Shown in pieces: positions 39,609 through 52,404 of a stretch of DNA of 64,000 bases. Numbering within the stretch: the stretch's first letter is position 1; each line of letters opens with the position of its first letter. The DNA is from Octopus vulgaris. Lineage: Eukaryota. Position numbers and translations under genes: made by a program. The notes under the pieces were generated by a model that was not told the DNA's origin, did no database searches, and saw nothing but the letters and a program-made list of their open reading frames with translations. The DNA is taken from assembly GCA_951406725.2 (NCBI GenBank), contig OX597837.1, forward strand, positions 13,888,001 through 13,952,000, written 5' to 3'.

Positions 39609-40031
39609 GTTATCAAGGCAGTCAGCTGGCAGAATTGTTTGCGTGCTGGACGAAATACTTAATGGTCTTTCGCCTATCGCTACGTTCTGAGTTCAAATCC
39701 CTCCAGGGTTGACTATGCCTTTCATCCTTTCGGGTTCGATGAAATAAAGTACCAGACGAACACTGGGGTCAATGGAATCGACTCATCCCCTTCTCCAAGA
39801 TTGCTGCCCTTGTGGCAAAATTTGAAACCATTATTATCATCATCATCATCATCATCATCATTTGTCAATGTAATTTCAGCAATATTATTTTGGGGGAGAA
39901 GTTTACAAGACATTTGAGCAACTAAAAAAAGGTAAAAAAAAATGCTTTGACATTTAAACCTGTGAAAGGGTAACGTTGTAATTTCTTGTTGGAATAAATA
40001 ACTTTTTGTAAGTAGAAAAAAGAGCTGTACT

Positions 40032-40252
40032 ATCTTTTATTCTTTTATTTGCTTCAGTCATTCGACTGCAGCCATGCTGGAGCACTGCCTATAGTCGAGC
40101 AAATCGACCCCAGGACTTACTCTTTGTAAGCCTAAGACTTACTCTATCGGTCTGTTTTGCCAAACCCCTAAATTATGGGAATGTAAACACATCAGTATTG
40201 GTTGTCAATTTATGTTGGGGGGACAAACACAGACACACAAACATATACACAC

Positions 40253-40302
<50 letters not shown>

Positions 40303-40466
40303 GACGGGCTTCTTTCAGTTTCTGCCTTGCAAATTCACTCACAAGGTTTTGGTCAGCCTGGAGCTATCGTAGAAGACACTTGCCCAAGGTGCCATGCAGT
40401 GAAATTGAACATGAAACCATGTGGTTGGTAAGCAAGCTTCTTACCACACAACCATTCCTGCGCCTG
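40032..40466 (-). mobile_element. Full-length SINE family A (inverted relative to 39201-39608)
   Basis: Collinear reverse complement. Confidence 0.88.
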
Positions 40467-42540
40467 TAGTCAATTATTTGAGTATTTTTATATCAACTGC
40501 TGAATATGTATAGTCGTAGCAAAGATCATAGCTACAAAGACACAGATAACACCACAGAGCACTTTCAACTTATTTATTTTGCCTATTTTTGTTAAACAAT
40601 ATAAAATGTCCTTTTTTTTTTTGAATAAACAATAATAAGGAATTTCAATTCAATGCCTTATAAATATTTCTATATGTTAATTTGATGGATAGAGAAGAGC
40701 AGAGAAGGGATTTTTATTGTTTTGGCTAAATTAGTTTTTGAAATAATGACAAGAATGTGTCTTCAATCGTCACGATTTAATTAAGGACTGTATTGTTTCA
40801 CTTTGTGAAAAATTGAAAAACTGTTGTTGTTCTCAATTTATGAAGGATAATGAAAATTAATTACTGCTGTCCCCCACTCCCACCTGGACTCCCCAACCCT
40901 ATGCATCAGTCAGGTGGATTGCTGTAGAGGCACGTGGCTTAGTGGTCAGAGTGTTGGACTCATGATCGTAAGATTGTGGTTTCAATTCCTGGACCAGGTG
41001 ATGCCTTGTGTTCTTGAGCAAAACACTTCATTTCACATTGCTCCAGACCACTCAGCAGGCAAAAATGAATAATCCTGTGAGGGACTGGCATCCCATCCAG
41101 GTGACGAATATCTACACCATGGAACTGGGAAACCGGCCCTTAGGAGTTGATATGACTCGAGAAGATAACTTTTTTTTAGGCAGATTGCTATTGTCCTCAT
41201 CTTATTTCTGTACTGCTCCCAAGGGGCTACACACAGAGGGGACAAACAAGGACAGACAAACGGATTAAGTCAGTTATATTGACCCCAGTGCATGACTGGT
41301 ACTTATTTAATCGACCCCGAAAGGATGAAAGGCAAAGTTGACCTCGGCAGAATTTGAACTTAGAATGTAGCAGCAGACGAAATCCCACTAAACATTTCAC
41401 TCGGCGTGCCAACATTTCTGCCAGTTCGCCGCCTTAATACCGTCCTCACCTTCCAGCAATGTATCATACTCCATTAATGGCATCAATCTTACCGATCCGA
41501 GAAAACTAATGAAGGCCATGGGCACCACAGCCTCCCCCAGGGGAAACAAAAAGTTCAAAAATAATATAAAACAAGCTGTTTTTGTTTGGCATTCTCTTTG
41601 CAATTAGATTTAATTCCCATTAAATTTAGACATTTTGGCATAGGAACCGTGCATAAGATTGGCTTCCCAGTTTTGCCCTTCAAAATCCAAGAGACATTTC
41701 CTATACCCGAAATTTTGGCAGCAGAATCAAAAAGAAGCAAAGAAGCTGCAGCTGGTGCCATTTAGGAACAGAAAGACAAACAGACAGACAAAGAAGAAGT
41801 CTGCAATGAACTTTCCCTGATATTCAAGTCTGTTCAGACAGTTCTTTCTCATCACTCATTCTGTGAATACTTCGCTGGTTGAACGGAGTGTAATAACACC
41901 GAGATAGATAAGAGACAAAGGTGGACAGGATGTGAAGGGCTGGGGGGTAGGGATGGGTGGTGGGGCTGGGGGGGGGGGAGACATTTTGAGGACAGTGGGT
42001 GCGAAGTGGGCGACAAGGGCTAGGAATGAGGATTTGGGGGAGTAAGGAATGGTGGGTTAGCGCTGGGAGCTGAGGAATGAGGGGCAAGGCGCTCAAGGTT
42101 AAATAAGCGACTGGGGAAAAAAATACAACAGAAAGATACAAACATTGCACCACCCTCACATAACTGCAGACAGGACTTGCATAAACACACACACACACAC
42201 AGCTACATTTATACATGGATACATAAATAAATTCAAAAACTAGGCAAGCTGGTTGTGAGAGGAATAAGATTGCACACATATTCCTCCTATACTTTTGATG
42301 TGCAGAAATATATACATATACATATACATATATATATATATATATATATAAGCATATGTTGTGCGCATATGGCTCTCTTTTTTCTTCTTGTTCTCACTTT
42401 GAGTATTTAATATCCTTGAGTGTCACTCATAGAGTGTAGCTGAGCTTTTGAAATTGTTGCTTTTATTATAACTGTACTCAAGTTCCACAAGAGTTCAACA
42501 ACATCAAGAAACATACTGAGATCAATTCAATCAATTTATG

Positions 42541-42930
42541 CATCATCATCGTCATCATCATCATCATCATCATCATCGTCGTCGTCGTCGTCGTCGTCGT
42601 CATCATCATCATCATCATCATCGTCGTCGTCGTCATCATCATCATCATCATCATCATCATCGTCATCATCATCATCATCATCATCATCATCGTCGTCGTC
42701 GTCGTCGTCGTCGTCATCATCATCATCATCATCATCATCGTCGTCGTCGTCATCATCATCGTCATCATCATCATCATCGTCATCATCATCATCATCATCA
42801 TCATCATCGTCGTCGTCGTCGTCGTCGTCGTCGTCATCATCATCATCATCATCATCGTCGTCGTCGTCATCATCATCATCATCATCATCATTATCGTCGT
42901 CGTCGTTGTTGTTGTCATCATCACCACCAC
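42541..42930. repeat. (CAT)n/(CGT)n interleaved trinucleotide array
   Basis: Seen directly. Confidence 0.97.
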
Positions 42931-43115
42931 TGCTCTCTCTCTCTCTCTCTCTCTTTCTCTCTTTATGTATTCTATATATATACAAACACACATGTATGTA
43001 TGTATGTGTTGTGTATATATATATATATATATATGTATGTAATATATAGATACACATATATGTACATATGCATGTATGTATACACACACACATGTATGTA
43101 TGCCTATGTGTGTGT

Positions 43116-43160
<45 letters not shown>

Positions 43161-43883
43161 GTTAGATAGATAGATAGAAAAGCACTAATATGTATATCTA
43201 CATTATCCTCATCATCCTTGTTTATAAATAGCTGCATGCAGGTGTGGCTGCTTGGTTAAGAATCTCATTTTATGACCATGTGGCTTCAGGTTCAGTCCTT
43301 CCGTGCTCCACCTTGGCCAAGTGTCTGCTACCATGATCCTTTAACAACCAATCACTTGTGAGTGAAATTTAGAACACAGAAATTATTCAAACTATTCTCA
43401 GATGGGTCGTGGTGCACCTGAGCACTGAATACAATAAGCTCATTATATATTGTTATTTCTAAATTTTTATATCTATGTATATTTGATGCGTGTGTGTGTG
43501 TGTGTGTGTGAATTTATGCAAGTTAGCGGTTGTGTGAGGGTGTAACGTGTGATGTGTAAAGTATGCATGTTTTTGTTGCTCTAAATGTGTTGCTTATTTA
43601 AGCGCCAGTCCTCACCCTTGGTTCTCACCCCGTAGACCTCACATCCTGTCCACCTTTGTCTCTTATCTATCTTGGTGTTATTACACTCCAGTTCAACCAG
43701 CGAAATATTAACAGAATGACTGATGAGAAAGAACTGTCTGAACAAACTTGAATATCAAAGCAAGTCCATTGCATTACATCATATGTATATGTGTGTGTAT
43801 ATATATGTGTGTGGGGGGGTGTAAATTCATAATCATGCATGTAGAAGCATGGACTATATATGTATATATGTATGCACACATAC

Positions 43884-43928
<45 letters not shown>

Positions 43929-44615
43929 GGAAAGTTTACGAAAATAAACATAAGACGAAGGCAGGTGAAGTTGAGAAGAAGACCCATGAAGTCAAATAAA
44001 ATCAGTTGTGGCAGATACTGGTGTCACACAAATGGCACCTGTGCCAGTGGCATGTAAAAGCACAAAGTGGCGAAAATATTTTTACAAATTAAATTTAAAT
44101 GCTGAACTGAATCTAAAGGTTCTTGTGTGTTTTTTTAATGGCTTCTAAACACCTTCCATGCTGCAATTGTTTTTGTTTCAGCACACAATCTCAGATCAAG
44201 TCACTTGCTATGCAAGTACATCTCTGTAATACACACACACACACACACACTCATACACGAACACACACATATATATATATATATATAAACAAATGCACAC
44301 ACACATATATATGTGCCGGTGGCATGTAAATAGCAACCACTACACTCACGGAGTGGTTGGCATTAGGAAGGGCATCCAGCTGTAGAAACACTGCCAGATC
44401 AGACTGGAGCCTGGTGCAGCCTCCTGGCTTCCCAGACCCTGGTTGAACCGTCCAACCCATGCTAGCATGGAAAACGGACGTTAAACGATGATCATGATGA
44501 TGATACATACATACATACATACATACATATACACACACATACATATATATAAATATATATATATATTTATATATATACATACATACATATATATACATAC
44601 ATATGTGTATATATA

Positions 44616-44677
<62 letters not shown>

Positions 44678-44771
44678 TATATATATTCACAAGACAAAGT
44701 CATATATTGTCTTAGAACATCTCAACAGAATTTGAACTATTTTCCTGCCATTATGTTTGATGTTTGGTGTG

Positions 44772-44848
<77 letters not shown>

Positions 44849-45999
44849 CCAGAGTCTTCTTAATTACTCATTAATTTTTCAGTCAGGAATTTTGTTCCTC
44901 TCTTGACCAAATTATCATTAACAACAGCCCACTTTGTTTTGATTATATTCCACTTTCTATAGAAAAAAAGGAAAAAAAAAATAAAATTAGAAAAAAAAAA
45001 AAAGACCACCACCCCCTCCAAAAAAATCACACTTTGGTATTACGCCATTCATACAAAATGGCTTTCTCTTGTAGACACACAAGCACATTTCTGTAGGAAT
45101 TTTGCTAAAAAATGCCACACTGATAAATAGGTATTTGTAATTTTGGTGATTATCTAAAATTAGAATATTTAGCATGGATTTTTGGCGGCATTGCAGATGC
45201 TGGTGGTGGTGGTGGTGGTGGTGGGGGTGGAATGGTAAACTGTGTAAGAACTATTGAAAGGCACTTGATGCATGGCTGTGAATGCGATAAACCAGAGAGA
45301 GCAAGACCAAGCTTATGTATGGACAAGAGTGCACTTACACACACACATATATACATATATTAATATACATACTGAGAGGGAGGGAGAGAGAGGTCTCTTT
45401 CTGTCAAGAAACCAGTCAGTCATCAAAAGGCTTCTCATCACTTGCCTCTTATTAGAGTCTCAAAGTCTGTTGCATCTCTTCGGCTGAAATGACATAACTA
45501 CAAGAAGCTTTCTTTCCTTGAATCCGTCTTTCACTTTTCTTCTTTTCTTCTCATCGAGATAAAGAGAGGGACACACACACACACACACACAAATACACAT
45601 TTATATATAATCATCATCATCATCATCATCATCATCATTTAATCCTCATTTTCCATGCTGGCATGATTTAGATAGTTTGACCAGAGCTGGTAAAGCCAGG
45701 GGCTGCACCAGGCCCCAGTGTCTATTCTGGTATGGTTTCTAAGCTGGATTCCTTGATATCTAAGTATGTGTGTGTGTGTGTGTGTTTTCTTTATTTGCAT
45801 ATTAAGGCTACCATTGGTTTCATGTTAAGAAAATACTTTAATATCTTAACAATTTTTCAAGCCAAACATATGGAGGAATGGTGTTCATCTCCATTTTGGA
45901 TTAAAACACAAAAAGTCATTGGAATTCACGATAAAGTCTCAGTACAAATAAGAGGATGAAGAAAGAGTTTAGCACATCTTTATTACTAGTTGCGGTTGT

Positions 46000-46575
46000 T
46001 TTTGGACCACCCTATTTTTGGTACCAGTACAATGGTCACTGCAGAGCATCAGACTGTTGGTGGAACTTAAGGCAATCCAGTGCCACTACACAAAGATGAT
46101 TGATTCAATGAGACATATAAGGCTACTGGAAGAGGCTAAAAGAACTGAAGCTCTACTTTGTAGAGAGAAGGTGTGAAAGATAAGTAGTGATATACATTTG
46201 GTAGATCCTAGATGATCTAGCTCGCATCTTTGGAATTGAAAGCTGTACTCACTGCCGAGCTGGACAGCACTGCATAGTACCAAAGCTTCCATCATCTCAA
46301 TCTAGAATAAGAACCCAGTACTATAACATCTTGGCTTTTAAGGGTTCACAACTATTCAAAATTCTGCCAAACAGTCTTTGAGATTTGAAAGGTGAAGATG
46401 TGAAGGTCTTTAAAAAGCATCTGGACAAATTTTTATCTGAGATACCAGATGAATTCACATCACAGCAGGAAGTACAAACAACTCGCTTCAGAAAAGAAAC
46501 CTAATCATACTGAAAGGAGGTGATCCAGCATGGCCTCAACCTCAGGCTGAAACCAGTAAATACTTAAAGGTAAAA
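46000..46575 (+). mobile_element. Decayed LINE 3' end (CR1/L2-group-like)
   Basis: LGFKGSQLFKILPNSL*DLKGEDVKVFKKHLDKFLSEIPDE, followed by 3' UTR GGTGATCCAGCATGGCC...CTGAAAC. Confidence 0.7.
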
Positions 46576-47039
46576 GATAATATTTGTAGTGGATTTCGTT
46601 AGCACTTTATCAGATTTGCATCAAAATGTGCATTCTTAAATTGTGCAATGGTCAAGTGTTGAATATTGCTTATATTAGAAGGAAACAATAATTAAAAGAT
46701 ATGAAGAAAAATGGTGAAATGGCAGATAAGATAAAGACAATAATAATACTAAATATAAGAAAGAAGATAATGAGAAGAACAGGAAGAATAAAGAGAATGA
46801 GGAGTAGAAGAAGATCAGTCAATGGTTTGCAATATTTTCTTATATTTTGACATTTCACAGCTAAGACCCCATTTTTCACCTAAAAGAAATTGGATATTTG
46901 GTGTTGCGAGCTAGATTTTCTGCTCTGTAGTGTGAGTGTACATATATAGAGGGGGGGGGGGCGGAGTAGTGCTTTGCATGTGCATGGTAGCCATTGTTAT
47001 AAAAGCCAATCAGCTGTGTGTAGCTTGATTCTGTTGTTA

Positions 47040-47480
47040 ATATAGGATTTGGTTATGTTAATGATGATGGCTTCTTTTATTCTCAGGTTCCCAATGTTTT
47101 ATTCTGTGGTGTCAATTGAGACTTACATGTCTTGAGTATGGAATACCTGAAGGTGGTTTTTGGAAGAAGTATCAGTACGGCGGTGTTCTTTAAGCTGAAT
47201 ATGTTCTTGTTGGCCTCATTGTATACACTACATGTGATTTTATGCATTACATAGGAGTACATAGATATGGTTTCTTTGTTGAACAATGTGCATTTGGCGT
47301 TGTTGTGTATTGGTCTGTTTTTCATTAGGGACCTCCTCAGAAACGGTCTAGATGGAGTGTGCCAGCTGTGTATTCAATCCCTTTTTATGTATCACTTTGT
47401 AGATTGCAGCCGTTGTTTTCACATTAAAGTATGGCAGTTCCAAAACACGTATGTTATCCTCTTTCGCCAAATCCAAGACA
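47040..47480 (-). mobile_element. Penelope-like GIY-YIG endonuclease relic
   Basis: YVMHKITCSVYNE...FRYSILKTCKSQ...LRIKEAIII resembles the PLE GIY-YIG domain; decayed. Confidence 0.5.
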
Positions 47481-48321
47481 TCACCAGACCACAAAAAACC
47501 CTTCATCACAGATTCACACACCTATACAAGCATAAAAAATTAGGCGTTGAAATGATGGTGATAATTATGAGGAATGTAATGAAACAATCGTTGTTATTCA
47601 AATTCATGGGTCCCAAATGTGTTAAGGGTATTGTCATAATCTCTAATGAATCCTATTAACCAGTAATATTTATCTAAAAGCTCCATTCCAAAATGATCAA
47701 AGCAAGTGGCCTCCACACTGTCTATCTATAAGAGGATACACCTTATAATCTCTGCAAGCAGTGGACCTCTAAATTATTAATCTTTTATCCTTTGCTTGCC
47801 TCAGTCATTGGACAGCAGTCATGCTGGAGAACCATCTTGAAGGCTTTGTTGCACAAATGACCCCTTATACTAACTTTTAAAGTCTGGCACTTATTCATTT
47901 CTTTTCTTTTGCTCAACAGCTATGAGGATATAAACAAACCAACCCTAGTTGTCTGGTAGTCACTGGGAGACAAACAAGTACAAAGACATACAAACATAGA
48001 AATATATATGTATGTATGTATATGTATATATATATATGATGGGCTTCTTACAGTTTCCATTTACTAAGTTCACCCACAAAGCTTTGGTTGATCTATAGCT
48101 ATAGTAGAAGACACTCACCCAAGGTGCTGCGTAGTGGGATTGAACCAAAGACCACATGGTTGGGAAGCAAGCATCTCAACCACACAGCCACACCTGTCAT
48201 TTACTCGTTTCCACATAATAAATCTGCTCAGACAGAGCAACAATATCAACAGCAAACTGCCAGAGCTAGCAGCTGTCTACGTCCACCTTGGTGACACATT
48301 GGTAACCCTATGAACACTTAC

Positions 48322-49959
48322 CTGTTTGACGTATATCCAGTGTCAGAGAGTGAATTAGATGGTGCCAAGTCATCGGTAAGATCAGTGCCAGTTGGGCTAC
48401 AACTGCAATTAATCCACTGATTAATGTAATCACTGTTGTCTCTAGGAGATGATGAAAGTAACATTTGTCTCTCATTTCCAGGAAAATCACAAGATTTCGC
48501 TGCACGGGTTTCTTGGAGGGTAACTTGGTTTAGTTCTTCTTCTATGGCATTTAAACTGGTTTCGGTGTTAGAGTTCTGCAGAAGCGGGGCTGTGTCATCG
48601 GCCAGGTCATCATCGGCCAGGTCATCATCGGCCAGGTCATCATCAGCCAGGTCATCATCGGCCAGGTTATCATCAGCCAGGTCATCATCGGCCAGGTGAT
48701 CATCGTTATAACTCTGTAGATTCATTAGTGATTTAGAATATTGCTTCCTTAACATAATATTTCCATCGTTAATTAATTTGGTCTTTGGAGATTTCATTCT
48801 TTTAGGTTTTGCTCTGTTGCCAGTAACAGAAGATAACATATTGGAATTGGATGGGTTTTGGTAAACTCTGGGTAAAGATCTGTAGTGAAGGGTCATATTG
48901 GGAAGTGGTTCCCTTCCGTTTAAGTTACAATCTTCATCACTGCTAATATCACTGCTCAAAGTATTCTGGTGCCACGTCTTGCGACTTCTATGACTGCTGC
49001 TGCTACTCATACTGCTACTATTTGGTTGATGTTTGTTCAAAAGACTGGAAACAATGTCTATTTTTGAATCTGCAGGAATGTTACTCAAAGTCACTTCCCG
49101 GATTTGCTTTACAATCGCATCATGGAATATTTGTCTTTTAATAGAACTGTTTGAAGAATAACAGAGATTCGATGCAGAATCAGCACTGTGGAGTGAGTCA
49201 TTGTTTGTATCAAAACCATTTGCTAAAGAAGATGGCATCGAAACAAACTTTTTAGATTTCTTTAAGTTGTTTGGTAGAACATTATTTTTTTTGGTTCTTG
49301 ACTTTGGTCTGAAAGATTTTGCATTTAGTGTCTGGTGCAATGGAAAATGCTTCACAGGGGGTAAAATTTCAGTAAATCTTGGTGATAAATCTGGTGTGTC
49401 TTCATCTTGAGATGCTGCTGAAGAAGAATCCACTTCAGAAGAGAAAGAAAGAGACACGAAATATTCCTCATCTCCATCGGATGTGGGATACATTGTTTGC
49501 ACAACTGTTTTATAATCAGGTGGGTCACTGGAACCCTTTTCTCTTTGCGTTTTTACATCTCGACTCCCCACATCAGATACAATTACTTCTGGTTTGGGTA
49601 AAGCTGATGCCGAGACATTTTTCTGAGATATATCTGATGCTGTGACATCAATTTTGGAGACATCTTGTGCGAAGGCATTTGTTTTGGAAATATTTGGTTT
49701 TATAACTTCTGTTTTAATGATCTCTGGTTCTGTTACACCATTTATTGGGGTATCAACAGAAGATTTCTGGTTTGGACTGCTTTCTGTCTTTGGAATAACG
49801 GTTGGGTGTTTTTCTGAAAATTCCGAAGATTTTCTCCATGCAACATCATTCACAATGTCGTCTTTGTCCTTCATGAGAGCCGCCTTCCACTTTAGAGCCA
49901 GATTTAATTCATAACCCCGAAAGATGGATTTTTGAAGCAGCTTCAATAAAACTTGAATC
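48322..49959 (-). CDS. Coding exon 10, 1638 nt, largely disordered Ser/Asp/Lys-rich region
   Basis: Lies within the 556-aa ORF; ccccatccag acceptor and AG|GTAAGT donor; phase 2 to 2, matching both neighbours. Confidence 0.92.
48594..48705 (-). repeat. Coding 15-bp minisatellite encoding (LADDD)x7
   Basis: Unit ggccaggtcatcatc on the + strand; peptide LADDD LADDN LADDD LADDD LADDD LADDD LADDT. Confidence 0.95.
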
Positions 49960-50767
49960 CTGGATGGGGAAAAACAAAGAAAAATCAAAAATTAAAGATT
50001 AAGAATTGAATTATAAATGTTAAATAAATTATCAAATTAAAAGCTGGTAGGGTCACCATATTTCATTGTGAAACCATAATTTTTTTTTTTAAATTTTATC
50101 TAGTTTCAGCTCACGAGCTGTGGTCATGCTGGGGCACCGCCATATTATATACATAAATATTAAATAAAAAATGTGCCGCTCATTTACAACTACCACATGA
50201 TATTAAGGACACACTCACATGCTCACATGCATGTACACACACATGTACACACACACACACACACACATGTATGCATACATAGATACACACACATTCATAA
50301 ATACATGCAGACATACATATACATACCACCAGCTTCTTTCAGTTTCCATCTATGAAAGACTTTGGTTGGCCCAGGGTTATAGTAGAGAACACTTGACCCC
50401 AGGGGCCTGCACTGCAGGACTGAATTCAAGACCACATGCTTAGAAGGCAAGCTTCGTACCCCATCAGCCACGCCTGCACCTCACAAACACAATCCATCCA
50501 ATGGCCTTCCATACTATTTCCATCCACCCAAATTCACTCACAAGGCTTTGGTAAACCTAAGACCACAGTAAAGGACACTTGCTCAAAATACCTTGCAGTA
50601 GACTTAAGCCCAGGGCCTGATGGTTGCAGCACAAGCTTCTTAAGCATTCGGCGCCATGCTGCCTTCATGCAACAGACCAATATCTTAACACATCAATACG
50701 AAACTTCACTTATGCTAATAAAAGGAAAGAATTTAGTTGCATGAAATTTTCTCTCTGGAAGACTTAC

Positions 50768-51078
50768 CTGAAGAATAAAAGAGAAGATTTTGCTTGTATT
50801 TCACTTCCAATGCCTTTAGGTGCCAATTCATTTAAAATCATTATGTGTTCTTTCTTTGGACTGGGGTAGTGGCTGTGAATGTTAGAGACAATTTGTGCCC
50901 AGTTCTGTGGAATTGGGATTAGTTTATTGTTCCATTGGCTAGAAGAAGCTGATGACAAGGAAGAAATGGATTCGGAAGACGAATCTGTGTATGTCGCAGC
51001 CGTTTTACGGATTCTTTTTAATTTACGTCTGAGAGACATTGGTAGAAACATAAGAACTTTTTGGTACCAGGCGATACA
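50768..51078 (-). CDS. Coding exon 9 (CIAWYQKVLMFLP...QAKSSLLFF-R)
   Basis: Long pyrimidine tract ending ttccag and AG|GTAAGT donor; 311 nt, phase 0 to 2. Confidence 0.88.
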
Positions 51079-51349
51079 CTGGAAGAGAAAGAAAAAGAGC
51101 ATTAAAAATATGGTGGAAGATAGGCTTGGGTATGGGATTGTGGTTAAGGAGGTTTCTTCCTAAACACTTGAGCGTAAGTTCAATCCCACTGCAGGAAAAT
51201 AACATCTACCATGTCATCAGTTTTACCAGTGAAGTGATTAAAAATGGCAAATGAAAACTGCATGGAAGCCTATGTGATATGTCTGTCTATCAAACATATT
51301 TGTGTATAAGTATGTGACTGGCCTTCCATCAGTGACAATGACAAAGGTT

Positions 51350-51719
51350 CCAGCCGAGCGTGATCGTTGCAAGAGTGGCTAACTGGCTTTCGTGCCGGCG
51401 GCATGTAAAAGACACCATTCGAGCGTGATCGTTACCAGCACCGCTTTACTGGTTCCTGTGCCGGTGGCATGTGTAAAAAGATTCGAGCAAGGTTGTTGCC
51501 AGTACCGCCTGACTGGCCCCCGTGCCGGTGGCATGTAAAAAGCACCCACTACACTCTCAGAGTGGTTGGCGTTAGGAAGGACATCCAGCTGTAGAAACTC
51601 TGCCAGATCAAGATTGGAGCCTGGTGCAGTCATCTGGTTCACCAGCCCTCAGTCAAAATCGTCCAACCCATGCCAGCATGGAAAACGGACGTTAAATGAT
51701 GATGATGATGATGATGATG
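51350..51719 (+). mobile_element. Family D retroposon with three internal GTGCCGGTGGCATGT units
   Basis: Units near 51391, 51458 and 51521, with a (GAT)n tail. Confidence 0.85.
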
Positions 51720-51798
51720 TATATACATATACACACACACACACACACGTATGGATACTGAATATGAAACGAAACAATGTTCCCAAAGTGTCTCTCAC

Positions 51799-51984
51799 CT
51801 TTCGCAACACAAGAAAGAACTGCTGCATGTCGCCATATTGATGGTGAATATCTTCCAGTCTGTTTGCAAAAGTTTTCACACAATATGTGAACTGAGAGAG
51901 AAATTCAGAAGTGAATTGAGGACGGTCGTCGGATTTGCAAGACTGAATCGTCTGCAAGATAAACGTGGCTTTCTCCATGATTTC
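51799..51984 (-). CDS. Coding exon 8 (EIMEKATFILQ...FANRLEDIHHQYGDMQQFFLVLRK), spectrin-repeat-like
   Basis: ccaatgcag acceptor and AAG|GTGAGA donor; 186 nt, phase 0 to 0. Confidence 0.87.
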
Positions 51985-52059
51985 CTGCATTGGAATAAAA
52001 ATATGAAAACAATTATTGGTAAACTTGGATGTGTTGTTCCATGTGCTCAGGGATTCCGA

Positions 52060-52330
52060 CTTGTTAAGTTAAGTTAAGTTAATTTTTTGGCTCAAAAAGC
52101 AAAAAGCAAGGCCATGTAGGGGGACATGGAGTTATGTACAGGGTGGTGTTCATGCAAAGAGTTCAGGCCATTTGTGGTCAAGAGAGACTTTGAACCGAGC
52201 GGTCGTCGGCATCTTCACTATCTCATCTGGCAGCTTATTCCACGGATCCGCAACCCGGATGGAGAAATGGTTTCTGAAATGATGGTTGGGTACAAGTGTT
52301 GTTTCAATGAGGTACATATGAGCATGAGGT
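52060..52330 (-). mobile_element. CR1-like LINE 3' end with (TTAAC)n tail
   Basis: HHFRNHFSIRVADPWNKLPDEIVKMPTTARFKVSLD matches the CR1 ORF2 C-terminal motif. Confidence 0.85.
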
Positions 52331-52404
52331 GCAGTCAAGCGAATAGACAGACACTGTGTAGTGTTTGCTGCCTGAAGAGAGAGAGACATTTTATGTATAT
52401 TGTT

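Noticed and set aside
45440-45560. Possible cassette exon with GC donor (AG|GCAAGT) between exons 10 and 11
   Set aside because: Candidate lengths (38 or 52 nt) do not preserve phase, and exon 10 already joins exon 11 in frame. A minor or terminal isoform cannot be excluded without RNA data.
48436-49914. Plus-strand ORFs overlapping exon 10
   Set aside because: Antisense shadows of the real coding exon.
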